Positions 8,233-16,624 of a DNA stretch of 64,000 nt are shown here, one piece after another. Numbering within the stretch: the stretch's first letter is position 1; every line of letters starts with the position of its first letter. Under the pieces are notes generated by a model. The model worked only from the letters and a program-made list of their open reading frames with translations, did no database searches and had not been told where the DNA came from. Position numbers and translations under genes: made by a program. This stretch comes from Nitrospiraceae bacterium. Its GTDB lineage: Bacteria > Nitrospirota > Nitrospiria > Nitrospirales > Nitrospiraceae. The stretch is taken from assembly GCA_050246315.1 (NCBI GenBank), contig JBFWWG010000003.1:330832-394831 (forward strand), in the 5' to 3' direction.

Positions 8233-9786
8233 ATGGCCGGCATAGAGCGGGCGTTGATCAGCGTGTCTGACAAGACTGGAATAGTCGAACTGGCCACGGG
8301 GTTGGAGGCACTCGGCGCGGAGATTCTTTCGACCGGCGGCACCGCCAAGACGCTTCGCGAGGCGGGCGTGAAGGTGGTCGATGTGGCCGCCTACACCGGA
8401 TCGCCGGAGATTCTCGACGGCCGCGTCAAGACGCTCCATCCCAAGATTCACGGGGGACTCCTGGGCCGACGCAGTCTGCCGGCGCATATCGAGCAGATGC
8501 GACAGCACCAGATCGGTCCGATCGACGTGCTCGTGGTGAACCTCTATCCGTTTGAAGCGACGATTGCCAAGCCCCAATGCTCCTTTGACGAGGCCATTGA
8601 AAACATCGATATCGGCGGCCCCTCGATGCTGCGGTCGGCAGCCAAGAACCATGAAGACGTGCTGGTGGTTGTCGATCCCACGGATTACCCGCGCGTGTTG
8701 GAGGCGGCGGGACGCGGATCGGTACCTTCATCCCTCCGGCGCGAACTCGCCTTGAAAGTCTTTCAACACACCGCCCGCTACGACAGCCTGATCGCCGGCT
8801 ATCTCGAACGGCAGATGCAGGGAGCCGAGACGAAGTTTCCGGCCCTATTGTCGTTGCAATTTGAGCGGGCCGAAACGCTCCGCTACGGCGAGAATCCGCA
8901 CCAACAGGGCGCGTTTTACCGTGATCTTCAATCCAAGGAAGCCTCGGTCTCGCGCGGGAAGATCCTGCACGGCAAGGCGATGTCCTACAATAATTTCCTC
9001 GATGCAAATGCCGCGCTGGAACTGGTGAAAGAATTCGATCAGACTGCGGTCTCAATCATCAAGCACAACAATCCCTGCGGCGCCGCACTGGGCGCCACGC
9101 CGGTCGAAGCCTACGTGAAGGCGCGCGAAACGGACCCGGTCTCGGCGTTTGGCGGCGTGATCGCGTTCAATCGGCCGGTCGATCTGGCCGCCGCGAAGGA
9201 GATCACCTCCACGTTCGTGGAGGTGGTCATCGCGCCAAGCTTCGCCGAGGACGCCTTGGCCGAGTTGAAGCGCAAAAAGGATATCCGGCTCTTGGAAGTG
9301 GGGCCGCTCCGCAAAGCGGGTCCCGAAGGCTACGACCTCAAAAAACTGGTCGGCGGGCTGATCGTTCAGGATCGCGATCTGGGTATGCTCTCCGACATCA
9401 AGGCCTTGGCTGTCCCGACGGTGCGTAAACCGTCGGAAGAGGAGTATCGGGCGGCCAGCTTCGCCTGGATCGTGTGCAAGCACGTCAAGTCCAATGCCAT
9501 CGTCTATGTCAGGCCGGGACAGACGGTCGGTATCGGGGCCGGGCAGATGAGTCGCGTGGATTCGGTGAAACTCGCCGGCATGAAGGCGCAATTGCCCGTG
9601 AAGGGCTGCGTCATGGCCTCGGACGCCTTCTTCCCGTTCCGCGACGGCCTGGATGCCGCTGCCCAGGCGGGCATCACCTGCGTGATCCAACCAGGCGGGT
9701 CGATTCGCGACAGCGAGGTCATCAAGGCAGCCGACGAACAGGGGATGGCGATGATTCTGACCGGGATGCGCCACTTCCGCCACTGA
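8233..9786 (+). CDS. purH: Bifunctional AICAR transformylase/IMP cyclohydrolase
   Basis: RALISVSDKTG, GRVKTLHPKIHGG, LRYGENPHQ, KHNNPCG, ASDAFFPFRDG, C-terminal RHFRH. Confidence 0.99.
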   Translation: MAGIERALISVSDKTGIVELATGLEALGAEILSTGGTAKTLREAGVKVVDVAAYTGSPEILDGRVKTLHPKIHGGLLGRRSLPAHIEQMRQHQIGPIDVLVVNLYPFEATIAKPQCSFDEAIENIDIGGPSMLRSAAKNHEDVLVVVDPTDYPRVLEAAGRGSVPSSLRRELALKVFQHTARYDSLIAGYLERQMQGAETKFPALLSLQFERAETLRYGENPHQQGAFYRDLQSKEASVSRGKILHGKAMSYNNFLDANAALELVKEFDQTAVSIIKHNNPCGAALGATPVEAYVKARETDPVSAFGGVIAFNRPVDLAAAKEITSTFVEVVIAPSFAEDALAELKRKKDIRLLEVGPLRKAGPEGYDLKKLVGGLIVQDRDLGMLSDIKALAVPTVRKPSEEEYRAASFAWIVCKHVKSNAIVYVRPGQTVGIGAGQMSRVDSVKLAGMKAQLPVKGCVMASDAFFPFRDGLDAAAQAGITCVIQPGGSIRDSEVIKAADEQGMAMILTGMRHFRH

Positions 9787-9917
9787 CTGTCGGCTTCTGA
9801 ACATGGCCACTCGCTTCCTTCTTGGTCGTTCGTTCACCTCGACGTACACAACCACGTACGCCTCGGCGCCCGAACTCCCTGCGACCTTGCTGCTGGACCA
9901 TGTTGAGAAGCCGGCGG
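9787..9917. repeat. Intact REP/MITE-like palindromic element between purH and purD
   Basis: Terminal inverted repeats CTGTCGGCTTCTGAACATGG / CCATGTTGAGAAGCCGGCGG; central GTAC-N8-GTAC; right half similar to 5615-5667. Confidence 0.75.
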
Positions 9918-9957
9918 AGACATTCGCTTCCAGATCAACTCGGAAGCCATCACACAG

Positions 9958-11250
9958 ATGAAGATCTTGGTGGTCGGGAGCGGCGGCCGCGAACATGCGA
10001 TGGTGTGGAAGCTCGCGCAGAGTTCCCGGGTGACTCGTCTCTACTGCGCCCCCGGGAACGGCGGAATCGCGCAACAGGCCACCTGCGTCCCCATCGCCAC
10101 GGAGGATGTGCCTGGCCTCAAAGCCTTTGTCCAGCGAGAAGGGATCGACCTGACGGTCGTCGGTCCTGAAGCACCGCTGGCCGCCGGCATCGCGGATGAA
10201 TTCCGCAAGGCGAAGCTGAAAATTTTCGGGCCGACCGCGTTGGCCGCCCAAGTCGAATCCAGCAAAATCTTCACGAAAGACCTCCTGACCAGTCAACGGA
10301 TTCCAACCGCCCGTGCCCAGTCCTTCGATCGGGTGCTCCCGGCCCTGGACTATCTGCGCACGCAGCCGCTCCCGATTGTCATCAAGGCCGATGGGCTGGC
10401 ACAGGGCAAAGGGGTGGTGGTCGCGACGACGAGCGCACAAGCTGAAAACGCCGTGCGCGACATTCTGGAACGTCACCTGTTCGGAGGCGCCGGCCAGCGG
10501 GTGCTGATCGAACAGTTCCTCAACGGCGAGGAACTCACGGTCATGGCCTTTACCGACGGCAAGACCGTCGTCCCGATGCTGCCGGCCCAGGATCATAAAC
10601 GAGTAGGGGACGGCGACACCGGACCCAATACCGGCGGCATGGGTGCCTATGCCCCGGCGCCACTCGGGAGCGGCGCATTGCTCGACATGGTACAGCGCAC
10701 GGTGCTGCAACCGACCGTGGATGCGCTCTCACGCATGGGCCGTCCGTTTCAGGGCGTGCTCTATGCGGGCTTGATGATCGTGAAGGGCGAGCCCTATGTG
10801 CTAGAGTTCAATGCGCGCATGGGCGATCCGGAAACCCAGGCGGTGCTCCCCCTGTTGAAGACCGATCTCTTGGACATCATCGAGGCCGTGGTCGAACACC
10901 GGCTGGACCAATGTCGGATCGACTGGCATCCGCTGACGGCCGTCTGCGTCGTCCTGACGTCGGGCGGCTATCCCGGTGCATACCGGAACGGCTATCCGAT
11001 TACCGGTCTCGCAGCCACATCCGCCGGACCGGATGGGAGTGGCGACACGATCATCTTCCATGCCGGCACGAACCGCACGGAAGGATCGCTCGTCACCGCA
11101 GGCGGACGCGTGTTGGGGGTGACGGGCTTGGGACCGGCGCTGCTGGAGGCACGGGAGCGGGCCTATGCCGCCATCCAGCCGATTCAATTCGACGGTTGCC
11201 ATTTCCGAACCGACATCGCCATGCGGGCACTTGGCCAATTGCGAGTGTAA
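9958..11250 (+). CDS. purD: Phosphoribosylamine-glycine ligase
   Basis: MKILVVGSGGREHA, APGNGG, VGPEAPL, KADGLAQGKGV, QDHKR...GPNTGGMGAY. Confidence 0.99.
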   Translation: MKILVVGSGGREHAMVWKLAQSSRVTRLYCAPGNGGIAQQATCVPIATEDVPGLKAFVQREGIDLTVVGPEAPLAAGIADEFRKAKLKIFGPTALAAQVESSKIFTKDLLTSQRIPTARAQSFDRVLPALDYLRTQPLPIVIKADGLAQGKGVVVATTSAQAENAVRDILERHLFGGAGQRVLIEQFLNGEELTVMAFTDGKTVVPMLPAQDHKRVGDGDTGPNTGGMGAYAPAPLGSGALLDMVQRTVLQPTVDALSRMGRPFQGVLYAGLMIVKGEPYVLEFNARMGDPETQAVLPLLKTDLLDIIEAVVEHRLDQCRIDWHPLTAVCVVLTSGGYPGAYRNGYPITGLAATSAGPDGSGDTIIFHAGTNRTEGSLVTAGGRVLGVTGLGPALLEARERAYAAIQPIQFDGCHFRTDIAMRALGQLRV

Positions 11251-11275
11251 ACCTGGGGGAACCCGCCGACTCATC

Positions 11276-11935
11276 GTGTCACTTCTCAATTGTGTTCACG
11301 GCCTCTCACCGGCGCACCTGACAGAGATCCGTGCCGTCATCCGTCGCGACGGCATCCTGGCCGCGGCGACCGAAAGTTCCTATGCGCTGTGCGGCTCGCC
11401 CTGGAGCGAGGCTGCGGCCGCACGGATCCACCGGCTCAAAGGGAGGCCCCCGGACAAACCGTTGCTCGTGCTCATTCATCGCCGGGAGGAGCTGGCGCGT
11501 CTGGCGGCGGACATTCCGGAATCGGCCCGCCTTCTCATGCGCGAGTGCTGGCCCGGTCCACTGACGGTGGTCCTCCCGGCTCACTCCTCATTGCCGTCGG
11601 GGCTGACCGCCGACACGCAGACCATCGGTATTCGTTGGCCCGACTACCGCCCGCTGGTCCCGTTGTTGGACGCTGTGGGGCCACTGACCGGAACGAGCGC
11701 CAACCGATCGGGGCGTGCACCGCTCACCGAGGCGCAGGCCGTCCAGGATGAGTTCGGCGCCGACCTCGATGCCGTTCTGGATATGGGGCCGGCCCCAGGA
11801 GCAGCTCCCTCGACGGTCGTCCACGTCGAGGCCGGCGCCGTACGGCTGCTTCGAGCCGGACCAGTCACAGCCAGCCGTCTCAGAAGCTTGCTGGGCCCGG
11901 CCGGGATTCCGTTGATTGTTGAGGCATGCAGATGA
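11276..11935 (+). CDS. tsaC: L-threonylcarbamoyladenylate synthase (TsaC/YrdC)
   Basis: KGRPPDKPL, WPGPLT, GTSANRSG, PSTVV motifs; GTG start at 11276 inferred. Confidence 0.88.
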   Translation: MSLLNCVHGLSPAHLTEIRAVIRRDGILAAATESSYALCGSPWSEAAAARIHRLKGRPPDKPLLVLIHRREELARLAADIPESARLLMRECWPGPLTVVLPAHSSLPSGLTADTQTIGIRWPDYRPLVPLLDAVGPLTGTSANRSGRAPLTEAQAVQDEFGADLDAVLDMGPAPGAAPSTVVHVEAGAVRLLRAGPVTASRLRSLLGPAGIPLIVEACR

Positions 11936-12002
11936 CCAGGCTTGGATATGGACCAACTCGCACCGTGATTCCGGGATCACACGACACACGAGAGGAGGAG
12001 AG

Positions 12003-12437
12003 ATGAGCACGTTGCCCAGCGGCGGTTGGACCTGGTCGCGAATTCTCACACCGGTCAGTCTCAGCATTCTGTTGTTGGCGATCACGGGCTGCGAGTGGTG
12101 GCCGCCAGCCCTGCAATCTCAGATCGAACAGCTCAAGACCGATCTGCAGACCTTGACTGCGGAACGCACCAGGCTCGAACAGCAGGTCTCCGCCCTCACA
12201 CGCGCACGTGAGGACCTCCAGACCCGGGTGGACCAATTAGTGCAGGTCAATAGAGAACGGGGGGCCATGGTCGCTGAGCTGGAGCGGTCACTGAAAGCCG
12301 CTCGCCAGCAGAAGGCAGCCCCGGCGAAAGCCGCCAGCCTCAAGTCCAAGACCAGCGGCCTCACCAAGCCCAAGACGACCACGCAGAAGTTGACAAAGAA
12401 AAAGTCCGCGGAGACCAAATCAAAGGCCCGCCCCTGA
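12003..12437 (+). CDS. Hypothetical coiled-coil lipoprotein with Lys-rich tail
   Basis: SD GAGGAGG, ATG 12003, ITGC lipobox, heptad repeats, K/T-rich C-terminus. Confidence 0.75.
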   Translation: MSTLPSGGWTWSRILTPVSLSILLLAITGCEWWPPALQSQIEQLKTDLQTLTAERTRLEQQVSALTRAREDLQTRVDQLVQVNRERGAMVAELERSLKAARQQKAAPAKAASLKSKTSGLTKPKTTTQKLTKKKSAETKSKARP

Positions 12438-12479
12438 TGAGGGGGCACACCGCAACCCCTGAGAAAGATGGTGCGGCCA

Positions 12480-12854
12480 CTAGCCGGAGGAAGAGGAGGC
12501 GGGGGACGAACTTCCACCCGTGGGTGCCGTCGTTCCGCTGGACCCTGACGAAGCCGACGTAGAGGTCGAGGGCGCCGTCGTCCCGCCCGATGGTGCGGCA
12601 GTCTCGCTGCCTGTGGCCGGCTTGGCAGGCGTCGCGGCATTACCCTCACCTTTACCATTCTCGGAGGGCTTCAGCTTGTTAGAGTAGTCCGTGATGTACC
12701 ACCCGCTGCCCTTAAACATAATGGCGGGTGAGGAGATCACTTTGTTCACAGCATGGCCGCACCGTTCACACGACACAATCGGCGGGTCGCTCACCCGCTG
12801 TTTCACTTCAAATCGATAGTCACAGCCTTGGCAGAGATACTCGTAAATCGGCAC
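12480..12854 (-). CDS. FmdB-family zinc-ribbon protein
   Basis: MPIYEYLCQGC...CERCG...FKGSGWYITDY followed by a low-complexity S/T/A tail. Confidence 0.92.
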   Translation of the reverse strand: MPIYEYLCQGCDYRFEVKQRVSDPPIVSCERCGHAVNKVISSPAIMFKGSGWYITDYSNKLKPSENGKGEGNAATPAKPATGSETAAPSGGTTAPSTSTSASSGSSGTTAPTGGSSSPASSSSG

Positions 12855-12986
12855 GGGTCTCCTCCCTCATGACGGCACCGCTTCACCCGAAACGATAACA
12901 CCCTTCTGCCCGAAATCAAGTCCGGCCTTCCCCGTCGTGATTCTTGGGCCGCTTGGACAAATTCGCTCCAGAGGACCGCGGCGCGA

Positions 12987-14183
12987 TCAACGACTCAGAT
13001 TCTGGAGAGTCGCCTCCATACGGTCCAATCCGCGGGTGATCGCGTCGAGCCCGGTGGCATAGGACAGGCGGATATGGCCCTGACTCCCGAACGGTTCGCC
13101 CGGGACTACCGCAATTTGGGCCGCCTTCAAGAGATGTTGAGCCACATCACTGGGGGTCCGGAGCAGGGTGCTACCGGCATGGGCGCCAAGCACACCGGTG
13201 ATATTGGGAAAGGCGTAGAAGGCTCCGGTGGGTAATCGGCAATGGACCCCCGGCATCTTGTTGAGCCGCTCAACCATCACCCGCCGCCTCCGTTCGAATT
13301 CCTTCACCATCCCGTTCACAAACTGAGCGCCGGTGTGCAGTGCCGCCACCGCGGCCTTCTGCGAGATCGAGCAGGGGTTCGAGGTGCTTTGGCTCTGAAT
13401 ATTGGCCATGGCCGTGATCAGCTCTTTCGGACCGGCCGCATACCCGATTCGCCAGCCGGTCATGGCAAACGACTTGCTCACGCCGTTGATGACGACCGTG
13501 CGGGAAGCCACCTCGGGGCTCAGACTGGCAGCGCTGACGTGCCGCACACCGTCATAGATGATTTTCTCATAGATCTCGTCGGAAATGATGAGGAGATCGT
13601 GGCGGCAGGCCACCTCCGCAATCGCATCAAGCGTGCGCCGGGCATAGGTGGCCCCAGTAGGATTGTTCGGCGTATTCACGACGATGGCTTTCGTCCGCGA
13701 CGTGACGAGCGAATCGAGTTGTTGCTCGTCGATTGCGTACCCATCCGCTTCGCACGTCTTCAGGAACACCGGCGTCCCATCGTTCAACAGCACCTGGTCC
13801 TGATAAGAGACCCAAAACGGCGCGGGAATGATGACTTCGTCGCCGGCTTCGATGAGCGCCTCGAAGAGGTTGTACAGCGAATGTTTGGCACCGCACGAAA
13901 CCAATATCTGCGCTCGCTCATAGGACAGCCCGTGTTCGGCGCGTAAGGTGTCGGCGATCGCCCCACGCAACTCGTCGATGCCGGAGGAGGGCGTGTATTT
14001 CGTGAAGCCGTCCGTCATGGCAGCGTTCGCCGCCTCCTTGACCGGCTGCGGCGTATCGAAATCGGGCTCTCCGGAGGCAAAATCGATCACATCGACGCCT
14101 TGCGCGGCCATGGATTTCGCCAGAGCGGTGATGGCCAGCGTCGGGGAGGGGAGCACCCGAGCGGCACGAGCAGCGAGCTTCAT
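12987..14183 (-). CDS. aspC: PLP-dependent class I aminotransferase (aspartate aminotransferase)
   Basis: GEPDFDTP, NTPNNPTG, SDEIY, SKSFAMTGWRIG. Confidence 0.93.
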   Translation of the reverse strand: MKLAARAARVLPSPTLAITALAKSMAAQGVDVIDFASGEPDFDTPQPVKEAANAAMTDGFTKYTPSSGIDELRGAIADTLRAEHGLSYERAQILVSCGAKHSLYNLFEALIEAGDEVIIPAPFWVSYQDQVLLNDGTPVFLKTCEADGYAIDEQQLDSLVTSRTKAIVVNTPNNPTGATYARRTLDAIAEVACRHDLLIISDEIYEKIIYDGVRHVSAASLSPEVASRTVVINGVSKSFAMTGWRIGYAAGPKELITAMANIQSQSTSNPCSISQKAAVAALHTGAQFVNGMVKEFERRRRVMVERLNKMPGVHCRLPTGAFYAFPNITGVLGAHAGSTLLRTPSDVAQHLLKAAQIAVVPGEPFGSQGHIRLSYATGLDAITRGLDRMEATLQNLSR

Positions 14184-14665
14184 GATCTGCTCCGTAATCG
14201 TTCCTGGAGTCGCCGCGCCACGTCGGGATGGAGAAACTTGTTAAGATCTCCGCCGTGACGGCCAACATCCTTGATGAGGCTTGAGGTCAAGTAGGAATAT
14301 TCTTCACGCGGCATGAAAAACACCGTCTCGATCGAGCTGTCCAACTTCCGATTGACGAGCGCCATCTGAAACTCATATTCGAAATCCGAGATCGCGCGCA
14401 GGCCTCGGATCACCGCCCGTGCTCCCATGCGGCGGACAAATTCCACCAGCAGCCCCTCAAAGCTCGTCACCTGTACACCGGGGAGTTCTTTGGTGACCAA
14501 CCGGACCATCTCGATCCGCTCCTCTAGGGTAAACAACGGCCGCTTGGTAGGATTGGGCGCGACGGCGACCATCACCTGGTCAAACACGGAGAGACTCCGC
14601 GCGATGATATCCGCATGTCCATGGGTGATCGGATCGAACGTGCCTGCATAGATACCGAGTTTCAT
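14180..14665 (-). CDS. coaD: Phosphopantetheine adenylyltransferase
   Basis: YAGTFDPITHGH, RGLRAISDFEYEFQMALVN. Confidence 0.98.
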   Translation of the reverse strand: MKLGIYAGTFDPITHGHADIIARSLSVFDQVMVAVAPNPTKRPLFTLEERIEMVRLVTKELPGVQVTSFEGLLVEFVRRMGARAVIRGLRAISDFEYEFQMALVNRKLDSSIETVFFMPREEYSYLTSSLIKDVGRHGGDLNKFLHPDVARRLQERLRSRS

Positions 14666-15246
14666 GCGAACTCCGCCCGCGCGATCGGTGAGGAGTTCTC
14701 CAGACCATAGAGCGTGACCGCAGTATCCCCATATCGATACGTCCGTGATCGGGTCAACAGGCCAAAGAGCACCGGCGGTATGACGCCCTGATCATGTTCG
14801 AGCGCCACCATGCCGTGAGGTCCCAGGAGCCGCGGAGGAAACTGGGCCGCCAGCCTGATAACCTCCTCTGTTGCGCGGTAGGGCGGATCGGCCAGCACAA
14901 GGTGGAACGGGGGCAGGGTCTCAGGCGCACGCGAGAGAAAGGTTTCCACACGACGCACGTGGACCTCCACACTGTCCGTCAACGCACAGGCCTGTAGATT
15001 CTCACGGATGAGGCGGATTGAGAGAGGATTGGCTTCGACAAATGTAACGTGGGCGGCCCCTCGGCTGAGTGCTTCAATCCCCAGGGCTCCGCTGCCGGCA
15101 TAGAGGTCGAGGACCCGCGCTCCTTCCACTCTCTCACCGAGAATTGAGAAGAGAGCTTCCTTGACCCGATCGGTGGTCGGCCGAATCACCAGCCCCTTAA
15201 GGGCCTTGAGCCGGCGCCCTTTTCGCTTACCTGCAATTACCCGCAC
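14662..15246 (-). CDS. rsmD: 16S rRNA m2G966 methyltransferase
   Basis: MRVIAGKRKGRRL, RPTTDRVKEALF, LDLYAGSGALGIEALSRGA, DPPY. Confidence 0.97.
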   Translation of the reverse strand: MRVIAGKRKGRRLKALKGLVIRPTTDRVKEALFSILGERVEGARVLDLYAGSGALGIEALSRGAAHVTFVEANPLSIRLIRENLQACALTDSVEVHVRRVETFLSRAPETLPPFHLVLADPPYRATEEVIRLAAQFPPRLLGPHGMVALEHDQGVIPPVLFGLLTRSRTYRYGDTAVTLYGLENSSPIARAEFA

Positions 15247-15270
15247 GCCAGGACCGCTTATCTTGAGAGG

Positions 15271-15300
15271 ACTCTAACACACGGATTTTCGGGGGGTCAA
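15271..15300 (-). promoter_or_regulatory. Likely sigma70 promoter of rsmD-coaD-aspC
   Basis: Minus strand TTGACC-N18-TAGAGT. Confidence 0.5.
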
Positions 15301-15367
15301 GGCAAGGGCGACCGGAACGAGGGTCTCTGTTGCACAGAGCCCGTGCACCGGCTGGCGAGGAGGCGTT

Positions 15368-15397
15368 TTGACGGACTTTACAAGGATTGTCTATAAT
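15368..15397 (+). promoter_or_regulatory. Orphan sigma70-like promoter
   Basis: TTGACG-N18-TATAAT with no convincing plus-strand gene directly downstream. Confidence 0.5.
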
Positions 15398-15504
15398 CAG
15401 CCCGCGCACCAACCGGAGATCAGCCGCGACCGGTGAACGACTACGGGTCGATCATCAGCCGGCTGAGCAGCGGCCAGCGCGCGAGGATTGGGCACGATGG
15501 CAAA

Positions 15505-15678
15505 TCAACGAGTCGCGGCAGGCTGCACTTCTCGCAGCGTCAGGCTCTTTTTCCGATTCGCGGCAATGGTGCGATCAATGATGGCACCGCAATTGATGCA
15601 TTTCCATGCGTAGAAGATAAGAAAGAAGTCGGAGAACCGTTCGAGCATCATGAGCCCTTTGCACTTCGGACATTCCAT
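15505..15678 (-). CDS. Small 57-aa CxxC...CxxC zinc-ribbon protein (below ORF-track cutoff)
   Basis: MECPKCKGLMMLERFSDFFLIFYAWKCINCGAIIDRTIAANRKKSLTLREVQPAATR*; SD GAGGAGG upstream. Confidence 0.88.
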   Translation of the reverse strand: MECPKCKGLMMLERFSDFFLIFYAWKCINCGAIIDRTIAANRKKSLTLREVQPAATR

Positions 15679-15724
15679 GGGAGCCTCCTCAGCTCAGTGC
15701 GTTGCGCGATGGACGCGCCAGGGA

Positions 15725-15771
15725 AGCAAGTCACGAACCAGCATGAACAATATAATTTTATCAACTAGTTA
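15725..15771 (-). promoter_or_regulatory. sigma54 -24/-12 promoter plus IHF site for the Zn-ribbon gene
   Basis: Minus strand TGGTTCGTGACTTGCT (GG-N10-GC) at 15725-15740; TATCAACTAGTTA at 15759-15771 matches IHF WATCAANNNNTTR. Confidence 0.7.
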
Positions 15772-15863
15772 TATATTTGTTGTCGGATCTGGTGCACACA
15801 GAGTGCTCAACTTTATCCAAGGCCACTGTACAAAAACGTTCACCGGGAGAGGATGAGACTTCG

Positions 15864-16592
15864 GTGTCCGGAGTAGGGAAGTTCAAGACGACCGTCCTCC
15901 GTATCTGCGAATGGCCTGAACGGGAACGGCCACGGGAACGGTTGCTGCGGGACGGCGCTGACAGTCTCACGGATGCTCAACTGCTGGCCATCGTATTGCG
16001 CGTCGGTCGGCGCCAGGCCTCAGCTGTCGAGGTAGCGTTGGATCTGCTATCTCGCACTGACGGGCTTCAAGGCATTAGCCGGATGGGGGCGGATGCGCTC
16101 TGTCGCATACCTGGTATCGGGCCGGCCAAAACCGCACAACTGAAGGCGGCGATCGAACTCGGCAAACGCGCGCTGGCACAACCGCTGTCGACCGGACAGC
16201 CGATTCGTTCCAGCGGGGACGTGTTCCACGCGTATGCGTCCCAGCTCCGGGATCTTCGGCATGAAACGTTCCGACTCCTGTTGCTCGACGCCAAGCATGC
16301 GCTGATTCGAGAGACCGTCATTTCGGAAGGCACCTTGACCGCGAGTCTCGTTCACCCGCGGGAAGTGTTTTCCGTGGCAGTCCGGGAGTCCGCTGCGGCC
16401 GTTATATGCGTACACAACCACCCCAGCGGAGACCCCACACCCAGCGCCGAGGACCGAACCTTGACGCGGCGGCTCCAGGACGCCGGCGAAGTGCTGGGCA
16501 TCCCGGTCTTGGATCATGTCGTGATCGGCGACGGGCGCTACGTTAGCTTTGCCGATCGAGGATGGATGGAGGAGAGGACCGTGGCCATGTAA
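15864..16592 (+). CDS. radC: RadC/JAB-domain protein
   Basis: ERPRERLL, HhH IPGIGPAK, GTLTASLVHPREVF, HNHPSGDPTPSAED, LDHVVIG; start uncertain (GTG 15864). Confidence 0.95.
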   Translation: MSGVGKFKTTVLRICEWPERERPRERLLRDGADSLTDAQLLAIVLRVGRRQASAVEVALDLLSRTDGLQGISRMGADALCRIPGIGPAKTAQLKAAIELGKRALAQPLSTGQPIRSSGDVFHAYASQLRDLRHETFRLLLLDAKHALIRETVISEGTLTASLVHPREVFSVAVRESAAAVICVHNHPSGDPTPSAEDRTLTRRLQDAGEVLGIPVLDHVVIGDGRYVSFADRGWMEERTVAM

Positions 16593-16624
16593 CCCTCGTG
16601 TTGATGGAACGAAAGGAGGACCGC

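Noticed and set aside
9052..10710. 552-aa minus-strand ORF and similar long antisense ORFs (24145-25584, 28735-30069, 30247-31686, 33981-35312, 59394-60746)
   Set aside because: Mirror frames of well-conserved genes, expected with high-GC codon bias.
15864..16592. radC as marker of a prophage or ICE
   Set aside because: Full-length HhH+JAB chromosomal type amid housekeeping genes; no integrase or att site seen.
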